Positions 38,957 to 50,039 of a stretch of 64,000 bases of DNA are shown piece after piece (position 1 is the stretch's first letter; every line of letters begins with the position of its first letter). This DNA comes from Patescibacteria group bacterium (GTDB lineage: Bacteria > Patescibacteriota > Patescibacteriia > UBA1558). The translations under genes were made by a program, and so were the position numbers. Where the stretch lies: assembly GCA_016784445.1 (NCBI GenBank), contig JADHUR010000003.1:2590-66589 (forward strand), given 5' to 3'. The notes under the pieces were generated by a model. It saw only the letters and a program-made list of their open reading frames with translations. It ran no database searches and was not told the origin of the DNA.

Positions 38957-39979
38957 ATGAAAGAAATAGATACCAACAAATGGGGGATTATTGGACATGA
39001 TAATATAATTTCCTATCTTCGTGTTAGTTTAGAGAGTCATAAGTTTGCTCATGCATATTTAATGGCTGGTCCAGCGCATTTGGGCAAAAAAACTGTTTCA
39101 GGTAAATTTGTTCAAACATTACTGTGCGAGAAGTATATAGAAGATATTAGTGATGATTTAGTACCATGTGGCGCATGTCAGTCATGTAAACATTTAAATA
39201 AGGGTATGCATCCAGATTATTATAGGCTGGAATTGCAGGAAGATAAAAAAAATATATCAATTGAGCAGGTAAGAGATTGGCAAAGACAATTACAGCACAA
39301 ATCTTTTTTAACAAAGTATAAGATTGGATTAATAGTAGGTGCAGAGCATTTATCGATTGAGGCTGCTAATGCACTTCTTAAAACTATTGAAGAGCCAGTT
39401 GGTAATACGATTATTATTCTTATAACAGATGATATAAATCTATTATTACCAACAATAGTATCTCGTAGCCAGGTTTTAAAGTTTAGCTTGGTTTCAGATG
39501 AAACTATATATGATTATTTACAAATGAGAGATTTAGAACATAAAAGTATTCGAGATATTGCTAAATTATCTTTTGGGCTACCAGGTAGGGCTATTGAATA
39601 TTTAAATAATATAAAGCTTCTTGAAGAGAATAAGGCAGAGGTTAAAGAAATAGTAGACTTAATGTCAAAACCAGCTCATGATAGACTAGCTTATTTACAA
39701 AAAATATTTCAGAAACAGGATTTTATAAATTCTCAAAGAATTGCTGATGATATTATGAATAATTTCCTATTAATTACTAGAGAATTATTACTTCACAAAG
39801 AGAATTCAGATAATTGGTATAGATTGGGTTTTGTAGAAGAGGAACTTAAAACTATGGCAAATAATATAGATAAAGATCAGATTATATCTATGATAGACAA
39901 AGTGTATACATGGAAAGATAAAGTTAAACAGAATGCTAGCCCTTTGTTATTTACTGAAGATTTATTTTTAAGTATTTAA
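38957..39979 (+). CDS. holB: DNA polymerase III delta' subunit
   Basis: HAYL..GP..LGK, PCG.CQSC, HPD, AANALLKTIEEP, LLPTIVSR; start taken at ATG 38957. Confidence 0.9.
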   Translation: MKEIDTNKWGIIGHDNIISYLRVSLESHKFAHAYLMAGPAHLGKKTVSGKFVQTLLCEKYIEDISDDLVPCGACQSCKHLNKGMHPDYYRLELQEDKKNISIEQVRDWQRQLQHKSFLTKYKIGLIVGAEHLSIEAANALLKTIEEPVGNTIIILITDDINLLLPTIVSRSQVLKFSLVSDETIYDYLQMRDLEHKSIRDIAKLSFGLPGRAIEYLNNIKLLEENKAEVKEIVDLMSKPAHDRLAYLQKIFQKQDFINSQRIADDIMNNFLLITRELLLHKENSDNWYRLGFVEEELKTMANNIDKDQIISMIDKVYTWKDKVKQNASPLLFTEDLFLSI

Positions 39980-39983
39980 ATAT

Positions 39984-41036
39984 ATGAGAAATATTAAATT
40001 TTTAATATTATTATTACTAATTGGTATATTTACTACTGGTTGTTTTATAAAAGTTGGTACTTCACCGGTTGGTAAACATGGCGGTGTTTTTGTATCTGAA
40101 GATGCAGGACTTAATTGGGCAAATATATCTAGACTATTATCAGTTGCAGAAAATGCTTCTTTTCTTGGTACAGATATATCAACTATGACTTATGACCCGC
40201 AGGTAAGTTCTACAATTTATGCAGGCACAGTAAAGAATGGTATTTTCTATACATTGGATAGTGGTCGTAGCTGGACACAAACTCTTACAACAGTTGGCAC
40301 TATTTATGATGTAGCCGTTCATCCATATAATAAATGTAATGTATTTGCAGCAACGGGTGGTCAATTATATAGAACATTAGATTGTGCTCGCACTTGGCAG
40401 CCTGTATTGCTTGAGACTAGACCAGATGAAATATTAAACAGATTGGCAATAGATGATAGTGATAGTCCAGTATTATATGCTGGATCTAATATGGGAGCTT
40501 TATATAAATCATTAGACAGAGGTGAATCTTGGCAGTCAATACAATTTTTTGAGTCAGGAGTTGCTGAAATATTAATCGCATCAGATGACTATAATGATAT
40601 ATATATTGGTTTATTTGAAGATGGAATTATGAAATCTACTAATAGAGGAGCAAGTTTTGTAAGTATTACTGAGGATTTACATAAGAAGTATTCTGGATTT
40701 GCAGATTTTCATAAACTTGTAATATCTGAGGAAGATAATAGCCTTGTTTATGCAAATACTTATAGCATTGCAAAATCATATGATGGTGGTAATACATGGA
40801 AGCTTATTAATTTATTAACTCCACCAAGATCTGTATATATTTATGGGCTAGCCGTATCTTCATTAAATAGTGATGTAATATATTACACTTCACATGATAC
40901 GGTATATAAATCTATTGATGGGGGTGCTAATTGGACAACAACAAGCATGCCAACTTCAAAGGTTTTAGATGATTTATTAATTAGTCCTACAAATGATAGT
41001 CTTATCTATGGTGGGGCAGCAAATAAAGTTAAATAA
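39984..41036 (+). CDS. lipoprotein with BNR/Asp-box beta-propeller (YCF48-like)
   Basis: Lipobox-like FTTGC; repeated S.D.G.SW motifs. Confidence 0.85.
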   Translation: MRNIKFLILLLLIGIFTTGCFIKVGTSPVGKHGGVFVSEDAGLNWANISRLLSVAENASFLGTDISTMTYDPQVSSTIYAGTVKNGIFYTLDSGRSWTQTLTTVGTIYDVAVHPYNKCNVFAATGGQLYRTLDCARTWQPVLLETRPDEILNRLAIDDSDSPVLYAGSNMGALYKSLDRGESWQSIQFFESGVAEILIASDDYNDIYIGLFEDGIMKSTNRGASFVSITEDLHKKYSGFADFHKLVISEEDNSLVYANTYSIAKSYDGGNTWKLINLLTPPRSVYIYGLAVSSLNSDVIYYTSHDTVYKSIDGGANWTTTSMPTSKVLDDLLISPTNDSLIYGGAANKVK

Positions 41037-41049
41037 TTAAAAACAATAT

Positions 41050-41607
41050 ATGTCACAAGAATATGCAGCTGAATTAAAAGAGCAAAATGAAAAGGTTTTA
41101 GAATATTTGCAAGGAGAGTTCAAAAATATTAAAACTGGTAGAGCTACACCTTCATTGGTGGAGAATATTAATATTGAAAGTTATGGCATACAAATGCCAC
41201 TTTTACAATTAGCATCAGTTACAGCTCCAGAACCAAATGTTTTGATGGTAAAACCTTGGGATAAGAATAATAGTAAAGATATTAATAAAGCATTATCTTC
41301 ATCAGACTTAGGAGCATCTGTGAGCATGGATGATGATATGATTGTTCTTCGTTTCGCTTCGATTACGGAAGAAAGAAGACTTGAGCTTGTTAAAAAGATT
41401 AAAGAAAAAGCTGAACAGGCTAAAATTAAAGTTCGTGGTAATAGAGATAAGATTAGAGCAATAACCACTGAAGAAGCTAAGGAAAAGGAAATTTCTGAAG
41501 ATGAAAAACATACACGCTTTGAAGATATTGATAAGATGACAAAAGAGATGAACGATAAGATAAAAGAAGCGTCAGATAAGAAAGAGCAAGAAATAATGTC
41601 AATTTAA
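41050..41607 (+). CDS. frr: ribosome recycling factor
   Basis: IKTGRATPSL, YG..MPL.QLA, VKPWD, TEERR.ELVK, KEQEIM. Confidence 0.95.
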   Translation: MSQEYAAELKEQNEKVLEYLQGEFKNIKTGRATPSLVENINIESYGIQMPLLQLASVTAPEPNVLMVKPWDKNNSKDINKALSSSDLGASVSMDDDMIVLRFASITEERRLELVKKIKEKAEQAKIKVRGNRDKIRAITTEEAKEKEISEDEKHTRFEDIDKMTKEMNDKIKEASDKKEQEIMSI

Positions 41608-41608
41608 T

Positions 41609-42709
41609 ATGTTCTTTACTATAATTACATTTGCAATTGTACTTGCTGTTATTGTCCTTGTTCATGAATGGGGTCATTTTACAGCTGCTCGTATATTTGG
41701 TGTTAAGGTGGAAGAGTTCGGTTTTGGCTTTCCACCACGTATTTGGGGCAAGAAAAAAGGTGATACCACTTATTCTTTAAATTGGATACCACTTGGTGGT
41801 TTTGTAAAAATTAAGGGTGAAGGTGGAGAAAATAAAGATGATAAAGATAGTTTCTCACATCAAGCTGCTTGGAAGCGTGCAGTAATTTTATGTGCGGGTG
41901 TATTTATGAATATAGTGCTTGCAATTGTACTTCTTAGCATTGGCTTTATGATTGGACTACCTTCTGTTGTTGAGGATGATATGTCTGGAATAGCTGTTTC
42001 GGATCAGAAGATACAAATCGTTGAAGTAAGTCCTGAGACAGTAGCAAGTAGCTTAGATCTTAAAGCAGGGGATGAGATACTTACAATTGACAATCAAAAT
42101 TTTGAGTCTACATTAGCCATGACTGAATATATTAAAAATGATGAAGATGGAATTTTAAATATTGAAATAGCACGTTTGTCTGGTAATCATTCAGTGATTG
42201 CAGATCTTACAGATATTGAGCCAAAAGTATTAGGGGTATATTTAGCAGATACTGGACTTGTTAAATATCCTTGGTGGCAAGCAATTATAAATGGTTTTAA
42301 AGCTACTTGGTTTATTCTTGTGCAAATAGTTGTAGCTTTCTATTCATTACTTAAATCTTTAATACTTGGTACAGGTTCATCATTAGAAGTAGCAGGTCCT
42401 GTTGGAGTAGCAGTAATTACAGGACAGATGGCTAGGCTTGGAATAGCTCACTTATTACAATTTACAGCATTATTTTCATTAAATCTGGCTGTAATTAATA
42501 TTGTTCCATTTCCAGCACTCGATGGTGGTAGATTATTATTTGTTGGTATTGAAAAACTAAGACGTAAGCCAAATAATGAAACAATAGAAACGGTTATACA
42601 TAATATTGGATTTATTATTCTTTTATTATTAATTTTTGTAATTACATATAAGGATATTGCAAAATATAGTGGTCAGATAATGGGTGCTATTGGAAGGTTA
42701 TTTAGTTAA
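41609..42709 (+). CDS. rseP: RIP metalloprotease RseP (M50, PDZ)
   Basis: VHEWGH, IPLGGFVKI, AGVFMN, NIVPFPALDGG. Confidence 0.95.
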   Translation: MFFTIITFAIVLAVIVLVHEWGHFTAARIFGVKVEEFGFGFPPRIWGKKKGDTTYSLNWIPLGGFVKIKGEGGENKDDKDSFSHQAAWKRAVILCAGVFMNIVLAIVLLSIGFMIGLPSVVEDDMSGIAVSDQKIQIVEVSPETVASSLDLKAGDEILTIDNQNFESTLAMTEYIKNDEDGILNIEIARLSGNHSVIADLTDIEPKVLGVYLADTGLVKYPWWQAIINGFKATWFILVQIVVAFYSLLKSLILGTGSSLEVAGPVGVAVITGQMARLGIAHLLQFTALFSLNLAVINIVPFPALDGGRLLFVGIEKLRRKPNNETIETVIHNIGFIILLLLIFVITYKDIAKYSGQIMGAIGRLFS

Positions 42710-43005
42710 TGAATTTTAAAGTAAATGCAAAATTACAATACCCCTGGGAAAGATTATTACAGAATGCAGGTTATCATTTACATAGAGATAGTTATGTAAA
42801 AAGATTGAGTGGAGATTTCTACCCGAGATTTCATGTATATATGAAGAATGAAACAGAAGACTTCATTGAACTCAATGTACATCTTGATCAAAGAAGAGGT
42901 GTTCATGAGGGAGTAACCGCTCATGCAGGTGAATATGATAGCCCTATTGTTATTGAGGAGGCAGAGCGCTTAAAGTCTATCTTCGCAAATAATATAATCA
43001 ATTAA
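42709..43005 (+). CDS. conserved hypothetical protein
   Basis: 98 aa translationally coupled to rseP; SYV.RL...FYPRFH.Y, NVHLDQ, HAGEYD. Confidence 0.8.
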   Translation: MNFKVNAKLQYPWERLLQNAGYHLHRDSYVKRLSGDFYPRFHVYMKNETEDFIELNVHLDQRRGVHEGVTAHAGEYDSPIVIEEAERLKSIFANNIIN

Positions 43006-43013
43006 ATTAATAT

Positions 43014-44261
43014 ATGAAACAATCTAAATATTTTATTAAAACAGTAAAAGATATAGCAGCCGATGAAGTTGCTATTAATGCTCAGCTTTTAACAAAAGCG
43101 GGGTATATAGATAAATTAATGGCTGGAGTATATTCATATTTACCACTTGGCGTTAGAGTTCTTAATAATATTAAGCAAATAGTTCGTGAAGAAATGGAAA
43201 AAGTTGGTGGTAATGAAGTTCTAATGCCAGCTTTACAACCAAAGTCATTATGGTCAGAAACAGGTAGATGGGATGAGATTAAAGATGTTCTTTTTCAATT
43301 TAAAGGTAGAGGTGGAACAGATATGTGTCTAGGGCCTACACATGAAGAGAATGTAGTAGATATAGCTAGAAAAAGAGTTTCTTCATATAAAGATTTACCA
43401 TTTGCTCTATTTCAAATACAAGATAAGTTTAGAAATGAACCAAGGGCTAAAAATGGACTTTTAAGAGGTAGAGAATTCTCAATGAAAGATTTATATAGCT
43501 TTCATACAGATATAGAAGATTTAAGAACTTATTATGATAAAGTAAAACAAGCATATTTAAATATGTATGAAAGACTTGGAATGCCAGTTATAGCAGTTGA
43601 GGCATCTGGTGGTTCTTTTTCTAAAGAATTTTCACATGAGTTTCAAACATTAACAGCATCAGGTGAAGATACTGTCTTTCACTGTAGTTGTGGTTGGGCT
43701 CAGAATAAAGAAATTGCTAAAGTTAAAAAAGGTGCTAAATGTCCAGCCTGTGGTGATGGAGTGGTGATGATGAGTAAAGGAATAGAAGTTGGTAATATAT
43801 TTAAATTAAATCAGAAATATTCTAAGACTATGAATTTAATGTTTACTACTGCAGAGGGTAAACAAGAGAATGTATTTATGGGTTGTTATGGTTTTGGCGT
43901 ATCTCGAGCAATTGGTGCTATAGTTGAAATATCTCATGATAAAGACGGAATTATATGGCCAAAGAATGTCACACCTTTTCAAGTTCATCTATTATCTTTA
44001 GGAACAGATAATAAGGTATTAGAAGAAGCAGAAGAAGTATATAAAAAATTAAAGAAGGAGAATATTGATGTATTATATGATGATAGAGATGAATCTGTTG
44101 GTGTAAAATTAAAAGAAGCAGATTTAATTGGTATTCCATTGAGACTTATTGTAAGTAATAAGACAAATGGTTTAATTGAATATAAAGAAAGAGCATCAGA
44201 TGATGCTCGTAAAGTAGCTGTAGATGATGTAATTAAACTGGTTAAGAAATATTATGTTTAA
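43014..44261 (+). CDS. proS: proline--tRNA ligase (short form without editing domain)
   Basis: LGPTHEE, KFRNEPR..GLLRGREFSMKDLYSF, GIEVGNIF, MGCYGFG, YDDR. Confidence 0.96.
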   Translation: MKQSKYFIKTVKDIAADEVAINAQLLTKAGYIDKLMAGVYSYLPLGVRVLNNIKQIVREEMEKVGGNEVLMPALQPKSLWSETGRWDEIKDVLFQFKGRGGTDMCLGPTHEENVVDIARKRVSSYKDLPFALFQIQDKFRNEPRAKNGLLRGREFSMKDLYSFHTDIEDLRTYYDKVKQAYLNMYERLGMPVIAVEASGGSFSKEFSHEFQTLTASGEDTVFHCSCGWAQNKEIAKVKKGAKCPACGDGVVMMSKGIEVGNIFKLNQKYSKTMNLMFTTAEGKQENVFMGCYGFGVSRAIGAIVEISHDKDGIIWPKNVTPFQVHLLSLGTDNKVLEEAEEVYKKLKKENIDVLYDDRDESVGVKLKEADLIGIPLRLIVSNKTNGLIEYKERASDDARKVAVDDVIKLVKKYYV

Positions 44262-45303
44262 AAAATTATTTAGACAATTATCTAAAGATATGGGTATAGA
44301 TTTGGGTACAACCAATACTCTTGTTTATGTTAAAGATAAAGGTCTAATTATTAATGAACCATCTATTGTTGCATTAAATAATAGAACTGATCAAATACTT
44401 GCTGTTGGTGAAGAAGCACAGCGTATGATTGGTAAAGCACCTGCATATATATCTGTAACAAGACCAATTATTGCAGGAATTATTTCAGATTTTGAAGTAA
44501 CAGAGAAAATGATAAAACATTTTATTGATAGGGTGCATAGAGAAAGTAATTCATTATTACCAAGGCCAAGAGTAATTATTGGTATTCCATTAGATGTTAC
44601 TGAAGTAGAAAGAAAAGCTGTAGAAGATGCTACAATGGGTGCTGGTGGTTCAGAGGTGTATTTAGTAGAACAACCTATGGCAGCAGCAATTGGAGCACGC
44701 ATGCCCATACAAGAACCTATTGGTAATATGATAGTACAACTTGGTGGTGGTACTACAGAAGTTGCTGTTATATCACTAGGTGGTATTGTAACCTTTACAT
44801 CACTTAAACATGGTGGTTTAAAATTGGACCAGAATATTATTCAGTATATTAGAGAGAATTTCAATTTATTACTTGGGGAAAGAACAGCAGAAGATGTAAA
44901 GAAAAATCTAGGAAATGTATTTCTAGAAGGTGCATCTAAAGAACAAAAGGTTCGTGGTAGAGATTTATATACAGGACTTCCTAGAGAGGTAGATGTGTCT
45001 GCTGCTCAAATTAAAGAAGCAATTATTGGAGATATTAGAGAATTAATTGAACATATTAGAGATACTTTAGAAAAAACTCCCCCAGAGCTTGTTGCTGAGA
45101 TTTACCAGAAAGGTATTATTCTATCTGGTGGCGGTGCATTATTGGGGGGTTTAGATAAATTAATTGCTAAAGAATTAAAGATTCCAGTTAAAGTAACAGA
45201 TGATCCATTAACATCAGTTGTTCGTGGTACAGGTCTTATCATGGAAGATTTTGATAATTTGAAAGATATATTATTACCACCTGCGGGTGATATGATTAAT
45301 TAA
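44254..45303 (+). CDS. mreB: rod shape-determining protein MreB
   Basis: GIDLGTTNT, EPS, GGGTTEVAVISLGG, TPPEL; first gene of mreBCD-mrdA. Confidence 0.95.
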   Translation: MFKKLFRQLSKDMGIDLGTTNTLVYVKDKGLIINEPSIVALNNRTDQILAVGEEAQRMIGKAPAYISVTRPIIAGIISDFEVTEKMIKHFIDRVHRESNSLLPRPRVIIGIPLDVTEVERKAVEDATMGAGGSEVYLVEQPMAAAIGARMPIQEPIGNMIVQLGGGTTEVAVISLGGIVTFTSLKHGGLKLDQNIIQYIRENFNLLLGERTAEDVKKNLGNVFLEGASKEQKVRGRDLYTGLPREVDVSAAQIKEAIIGDIRELIEHIRDTLEKTPPELVAEIYQKGIILSGGGALLGGLDKLIAKELKIPVKVTDDPLTSVVRGTGLIMEDFDNLKDILLPPAGDMIN

Positions 45304-45304
45304 T

Positions 45305-46099
45305 ATGATAACTGGCGTTTCTAGAACAGTATTGATCATTAGTATTATTGTAGCACTACTTATCCTACATTATGCTAATCTATTAAAATGGGTGGAAACA
45401 CCTCTTTTAAATATTTTAGCTCCTGTACAAAAAACAGTATATGGAGGTGGTTCTTCAAATTATGGCTTTTTATATAATTATACTCAATGTGATAATTTAG
45501 CAGGTGAAAATGAGACATTGCAAAGTCTTTTGACAACAAAAGATATTGATCAAATGGAACTCTCTGAGCTTAAGCGTGAGAATGAATATTTAAGAGAGGA
45601 ATTAGAGTTTATCAAAAGAGAGGGTAGTAATGTTTTAATTACACATATTATTAGTAAGCCATTACTGCAAAATGATTTATTTATTATAGATAAAGGAAGT
45701 GATGATGGTATTAAAGTTGGTCAACCGGTACTTGCTGATCAAGGAGTACTTATAGGAAAGATATTTGCGGTAGAGAAATATCAGGCAAGCGTATCTCTAT
45801 TATCTAATAGTAATTCAACTGTAGCTGTTACTTTAAATAATAATACTCATACTCAAGGTGTGGTTCAAGGTAGTATGGGCTTGAGTCTTCTTATGGATTT
45901 AATTCCACCAGAGGAGATTATTAATTTAGATGATTTAGTATTCACATCAGGACTTGAAGATTTGATTGGGCAAAATTATTTAATTGGTAAAATAGTAAAT
46001 ATTTTATCTGGTGAGACAGAGCTATATCAGAAAGCAGAAGTTATTCCTAGTATTGATTATAGGCAATTACGTATTTTAACAGTTGTTTTATCTGAATAA
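45305..46099 (+). CDS. mreC: rod shape-determining protein MreC
   Basis: TM, coiled coil, IIDKGSDDGI, GVLIGKI, VFTSGL. Confidence 0.92.
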   Translation: MITGVSRTVLIISIIVALLILHYANLLKWVETPLLNILAPVQKTVYGGGSSNYGFLYNYTQCDNLAGENETLQSLLTTKDIDQMELSELKRENEYLREELEFIKREGSNVLITHIISKPLLQNDLFIIDKGSDDGIKVGQPVLADQGVLIGKIFAVEKYQASVSLLSNSNSTVAVTLNNNTHTQGVVQGSMGLSLLMDLIPPEEIINLDDLVFTSGLEDLIGQNYLIGKIVNILSGETELYQKAEVIPSIDYRQLRILTVVLSE

Positions 46100-46605
46100 T
46101 GAGATGGATTAATTACAGTTTGCTAATAATAGGCATTTACTTATTGGTAGTATTGCAAACAGCTTTTTTTACCGCTTGGGGAATTTGGGGTGCTATGATG
46201 CACCCTGTTTTATGGTCTATAATATATTTTAATTTCTTTTCTAAAAAGAATTTATGGCTACTTATTATACTGGGTGGTTTTATGTTAGATATTGTAGGTT
46301 TAAGTTTTGGTATGCATTTAATTGCATTGGCTATTTCAGCTATGTTTTTAAATTTCGTACATCGTTATCATTTAGCAATTAGTAATTTATTTAGCTGGAT
46401 ATTGAGTAGTTTAGCTGGAATTATTTCCTATTTATTTGCATTATTCATATTGAATCATAGTGTAGGAATAATTTGGCAATGGCCAGAGATAGCAGCTCTA
46501 TCCTGGGAAAGAGCATTTATGTTTACATTCCTTAATTTAATTGCTCTTATTATAATTTTCGCTTTCTATAAATTATATATATACATTTCAAATGTCAGAA
46601 GATAA
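46099..46605 (+). CDS. mreD: rod shape-determining protein MreD (putative)
   Basis: Hydrophobic 168 aa with GGFMLD...FG; position between mreC and mrdA. Confidence 0.75.
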   Translation: MRWINYSLLIIGIYLLVVLQTAFFTAWGIWGAMMHPVLWSIIYFNFFSKKNLWLLIILGGFMLDIVGLSFGMHLIALAISAMFLNFVHRYHLAISNLFSWILSSLAGIISYLFALFILNHSVGIIWQWPEIAALSWERAFMFTFLNLIALIIIFAFYKLYIYISNVRR

Positions 46606-48529
46606 TTATGACCCTTTTTCGGTTCAAATAAAGGGCGGTAAAATTAAAGATAGAAGAGTGGGCTCTACAGAAAGATTTTCTTCTGAAGATGGTTTTGTAA
46701 TGGCAGATGATGATAGTAATGTTCAAATGGGACCAGTTATAGAAAACTATTATTTAAGAATGGCTTTAATATTACTATTTATTGTTTTTACAGTACTTGG
46801 TTTTAGAGTATTCTATTTACAGATAATTAAAGGGGATGAGTTTAGAGGACTAGCTGAGGGTAATCGTATTAGACTTCAAAGAATATTACCGAATAGAGGT
46901 ATTATATATGATAATCATGGAAAACAAATGGTTCGTAATATCCCATCCTTTTCTATTAGATTTGTGCCAGCAGATTTACCCAAAGGTGAGGAGCTGGACA
47001 ATGTATTAGAAATAATAGCTAGTACAACTGGTAAAGAGTTTATTGAGTTAAAAGAACTCATTACCAATACTTCAGAGTATTCATATATACAATCTAGTTT
47101 AGTTGAAGATATTAATTATGAGCAAGCTGTTAATTTACGAATTAAAGCATCTATTTGGTCTGGAATACATATTATAGAAACAGCTAAGCGTGAATATATG
47201 CTAGGTAATACTTTTAGTCATTTACTTGGATACCTTGGAAAGATAACAGAAAATGAGGCTATTGATTTACCCGAAGATTATGAACTTATTGACTATATTG
47301 GTAAAACGGGCATTGAAAGATCATATGAGAAAGAACTTAGAGGTATTGTTGGAAAAAAGCAAGTTGAAGTAGATGCACTAGGTAAAGAAACTAAGATATT
47401 AGCAGAACAAGAAGCTATAAAAGGTAATAATATTCATCTATACATTGATGCAGACTTGCAAGTAAAATTATCTGAAATAGTTGCTAAAACATTGAATAAT
47501 AGAAATGTAGATAAAGCAGCTGGAATTATTATAAACCCTCAAAATGGTGGTATTATGGCAATGTCTTCATTCCCAGAATTTGATAATAATATATTTTCTA
47601 AAAGTATTAGCCAGGAGCAATATGAAGCAGTATTTACAGGAGATGATAGGCCGCTGTTTAATAGAACTTTAAGTGGTCAATATCCTTCAGGATCTATTAT
47701 TAAGCCACTAGTTGCATCAGCTGCTCTTGATGAAGGTATTATTGATCGTAATACAAGCTTTTTGAGTACTGGTGGAATATATTATGATATTTGGTTTTTT
47801 CCAGATTGGAAAGCAGGTGGTCATGGTCAAACAAATGTAATAAAAGCACTTGCTGAATCGGTTAATACATTTTTTTATATAATAGGTATTGAAGAATATG
47901 ATGGTAGAGAAGGCTTAGGTTTGGATAAAATGCTTAGCTATATGCATTCTTATGGCTTGAGTCAGTATACAGGAGTGGATATATCCGGGGAACAAATGGG
48001 GTTTTTGCCAGACAGATATTGGAAATGGGAAGAAAGAGATGAACCTTGGTATCCTGGAGATACAATGCACCTCGCAATTGGCCAGGGAGATATTCTAGTA
48101 ACACCAATTCAAATGGCTAACTATATAGCAGCTATTGCTAATGGTGGTATATTATATAGTCCACATTTAGTTAAACAGATTGTTGATTCTGAAACAGGAG
48201 CTGTAGTAATGTCCGCGCCTCAAGTTCTTAATGAAGATTTTATATCAAGTGCTAGTTTAGATATTGTTAGAGAAGGTATGAGGTCAGCTGTAACAACGGG
48301 GTCTGCTAGAAGAATATATTCAGAAGATTATACAGCTGCTGGTAAAACAGGTACAGCTCAGGTTGGTGGCAATGCTAAACCACATTCTTGGTTTGTCGGC
48401 TTTGCTCCATATGATAATCCTGAGATAGCTTGGGCAATGCTAGTAGAGAATGGGGGAGACGGTAGTGATACAGCGGTACAAATTATGGATGAAGTACTAG
48501 ATTGGTACTTTATTAATACGAAAAATTAG
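46592..48529 (+). CDS. mrdA: penicillin-binding protein 2
   Basis: RGIIYD, GKTGIE, GSIIK (SxxK), ESVN (SxN), AGKTGTAQ. Confidence 0.95.
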   Translation: MSEDNYDPFSVQIKGGKIKDRRVGSTERFSSEDGFVMADDDSNVQMGPVIENYYLRMALILLFIVFTVLGFRVFYLQIIKGDEFRGLAEGNRIRLQRILPNRGIIYDNHGKQMVRNIPSFSIRFVPADLPKGEELDNVLEIIASTTGKEFIELKELITNTSEYSYIQSSLVEDINYEQAVNLRIKASIWSGIHIIETAKREYMLGNTFSHLLGYLGKITENEAIDLPEDYELIDYIGKTGIERSYEKELRGIVGKKQVEVDALGKETKILAEQEAIKGNNIHLYIDADLQVKLSEIVAKTLNNRNVDKAAGIIINPQNGGIMAMSSFPEFDNNIFSKSISQEQYEAVFTGDDRPLFNRTLSGQYPSGSIIKPLVASAALDEGIIDRNTSFLSTGGIYYDIWFFPDWKAGGHGQTNVIKALAESVNTFFYIIGIEEYDGREGLGLDKMLSYMHSYGLSQYTGVDISGEQMGFLPDRYWKWEERDEPWYPGDTMHLAIGQGDILVTPIQMANYIAAIANGGILYSPHLVKQIVDSETGAVVMSAPQVLNEDFISSASLDIVREGMRSAVTTGSARRIYSEDYTAAGKTGTAQVGGNAKPHSWFVGFAPYDNPEIAWAMLVENGGDGSDTAVQIMDEVLDWYFINTKN

Positions 48530-48544
48530 ATACGAATAATGCGA

Positions 48545-48583
48545 AAAAAGAAAAGAGACGTACAATGTTTGTACGTCTCTTTT
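48545..48583. terminator. bidirectional intrinsic terminator
   Basis: AAAAGAGACGTACAA-TGT-TTGTACGTCTCTTTT. Confidence 0.8.
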
Positions 48584-48599
48584 GAGTTGTTTTTTTGTT

Positions 48600-49397
48600 C
48601 TACTTTGATGTAGGTACGAGTTTGAGCCAGCGTTTACTGACAAGCTCGTAGTTGATAACGCCCAGGATTCCACCAGCAATCATTCCAATAATTGGATTGG
48701 TATAGAAATATCCTATACCAGCACCAATCATTGCATCGACTGCACAGAGCAGACGAATATCTGAGTGGATTTCCACAAAGATGTAGCGGATAAGTTTGGC
48801 AATTTTCATAAAGAAAGTACTGATCGCTTTGATAGCTGTCATGGTATAGTTAGGAAAATTACCAATAAGCTTGATGCTCAGCTTGAACCCATCTCAGATA
48901 GCCATTGGTAGCCAATAGAATACTATACCAAGTGGACTAACCAGGTATAGCATCATCAACAAACTATAGTCTCGCTCTTCAGAATTTGTATCTATAATTA
49001 GATATAGACATCCGATGCCGTAGAAAAGCACGATAGCAGCCATTGCATTAACTGAGGAATTTGAAATAGATTCAACAAGAATAATGATGCACAAACTCAT
49101 ACCAATAATTGCGGTAAAGAAATGTGTTAACAGCATAATGAATATTAACCCAATAGCCAATGTTTTAACTGGAAGTATAAAAAGTGCCTTCCATTCATCT
49201 GCGTTTATTTCCACAATTGATTTCCACCCAGATTTGAACGCTGCAACAACAACTTCAAATTCATAGGATAGGTAACCGATCAAACCACCGATGATGGCAC
49301 CTAGCCACCAAATGGAGGAGGGTATGCTCATGGCAGTAATGGTGCCAATTCCAGCTCCCAGAGCTGTTGCTAGTAAAACCTTCAATGAGTTACTCAT
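48600..49397 (-). pseudogene. multi-TM membrane protein interrupted by one in-frame TGA (48896-48894)
   Basis: ORFs 48894..49397 and 48600..48842 share one frame: ..WLPMAI*DGFKLSIKLIGNFPNYTMTAIK..; 265 codons in total; AAGGAG RBS and TTGACA-17-TATCAT promoter. Confidence 0.75.
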
Positions 49398-49450
49398 TTT
49401 AGTCTCCTTTTTAATTTAAGACGTTATATTGTTGTAAAGATCAATGGTAT

Positions 49451-49516
49451 ATGATAGCATATATTTAATATTTTGTCAAGAACTTCATTGACAAGTAATC
49501 TAGTACAAACTATTAT
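49451..49516. promoter_or_regulatory. divergent sigma70 promoters
   Basis: - strand TTGACA(49479-74)-17-TATCAT; + strand TTGACA(49488-93)-17-TATTAT towards greA. Confidence 0.7.
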
Positions 49517-49582
49517 ATATGTATATAAATATAGCAGTTACTGCTATGTTTTTATTAAGCAAAAATGTAGTATAATTAATAT

Positions 49583-50038
49583 ATGTCAGATCAAAAGTTA
49601 TTAACACAAGAAGGATCAGATAGGCTCAAGGCTGAACTTGAGACTCTTAAGGCAAAAAGATCAGGTATTACTGAGAAGATATCACTAGCTAGAGATTTAG
49701 GAGATTTATCTGAGAATGCTGAATATCATGAAGCAAGAGATCAGCAAGGGTTTAATGAGGGTCGTATTCTAGAAATAGAGACCCTACTTCGTGATGCTAA
49801 AGTTGTAGAAAAAGTGTCTTCTTCACTTGTTGGAATTGGTTCAAGGATTAAAGTTAAAAGTATAGATAGAGAAATGGAATATACAATTGTTGGGGCAACT
49901 GAAGCAGATCCAACTCAAGGTAAAATTTCTTGTGAATCACCACTTGGTGTATCTTTTTTAGGAAAGAAATTAAATGAAGAAGTAGAAGTTGAAATACCAA
50001 ATGGTAGGATTAAGTATACAATAATTTCTATAGCATAA
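49583..50038 (+). CDS. greA: transcription elongation factor GreA
   Basis: [33 protein letters not shown]. Confidence 0.97.
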   Translation: MSDQKLLTQEGSDRLKAELETLKAKRSGITEKISLARDLGDLSENAEYHEARDQQGFNEGRILEIETLLRDAKVVEKVSSSLVGIGSRIKVKSIDREMEYTIVGATEADPTQGKISCESPLGVSFLGKKLNEEVEVEIPNGRIKYTIISIA

Positions 50039-50039
50039 T

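Noticed and set aside
48894-48896. Genome-wide TGA recoding (code 25 or 4)
   Set aside because: TGA ends several conserved genes in overlaps with the next start (e.g. 28293, 30004, 33972, 56279), and the conserved genes read through without internal TGA.
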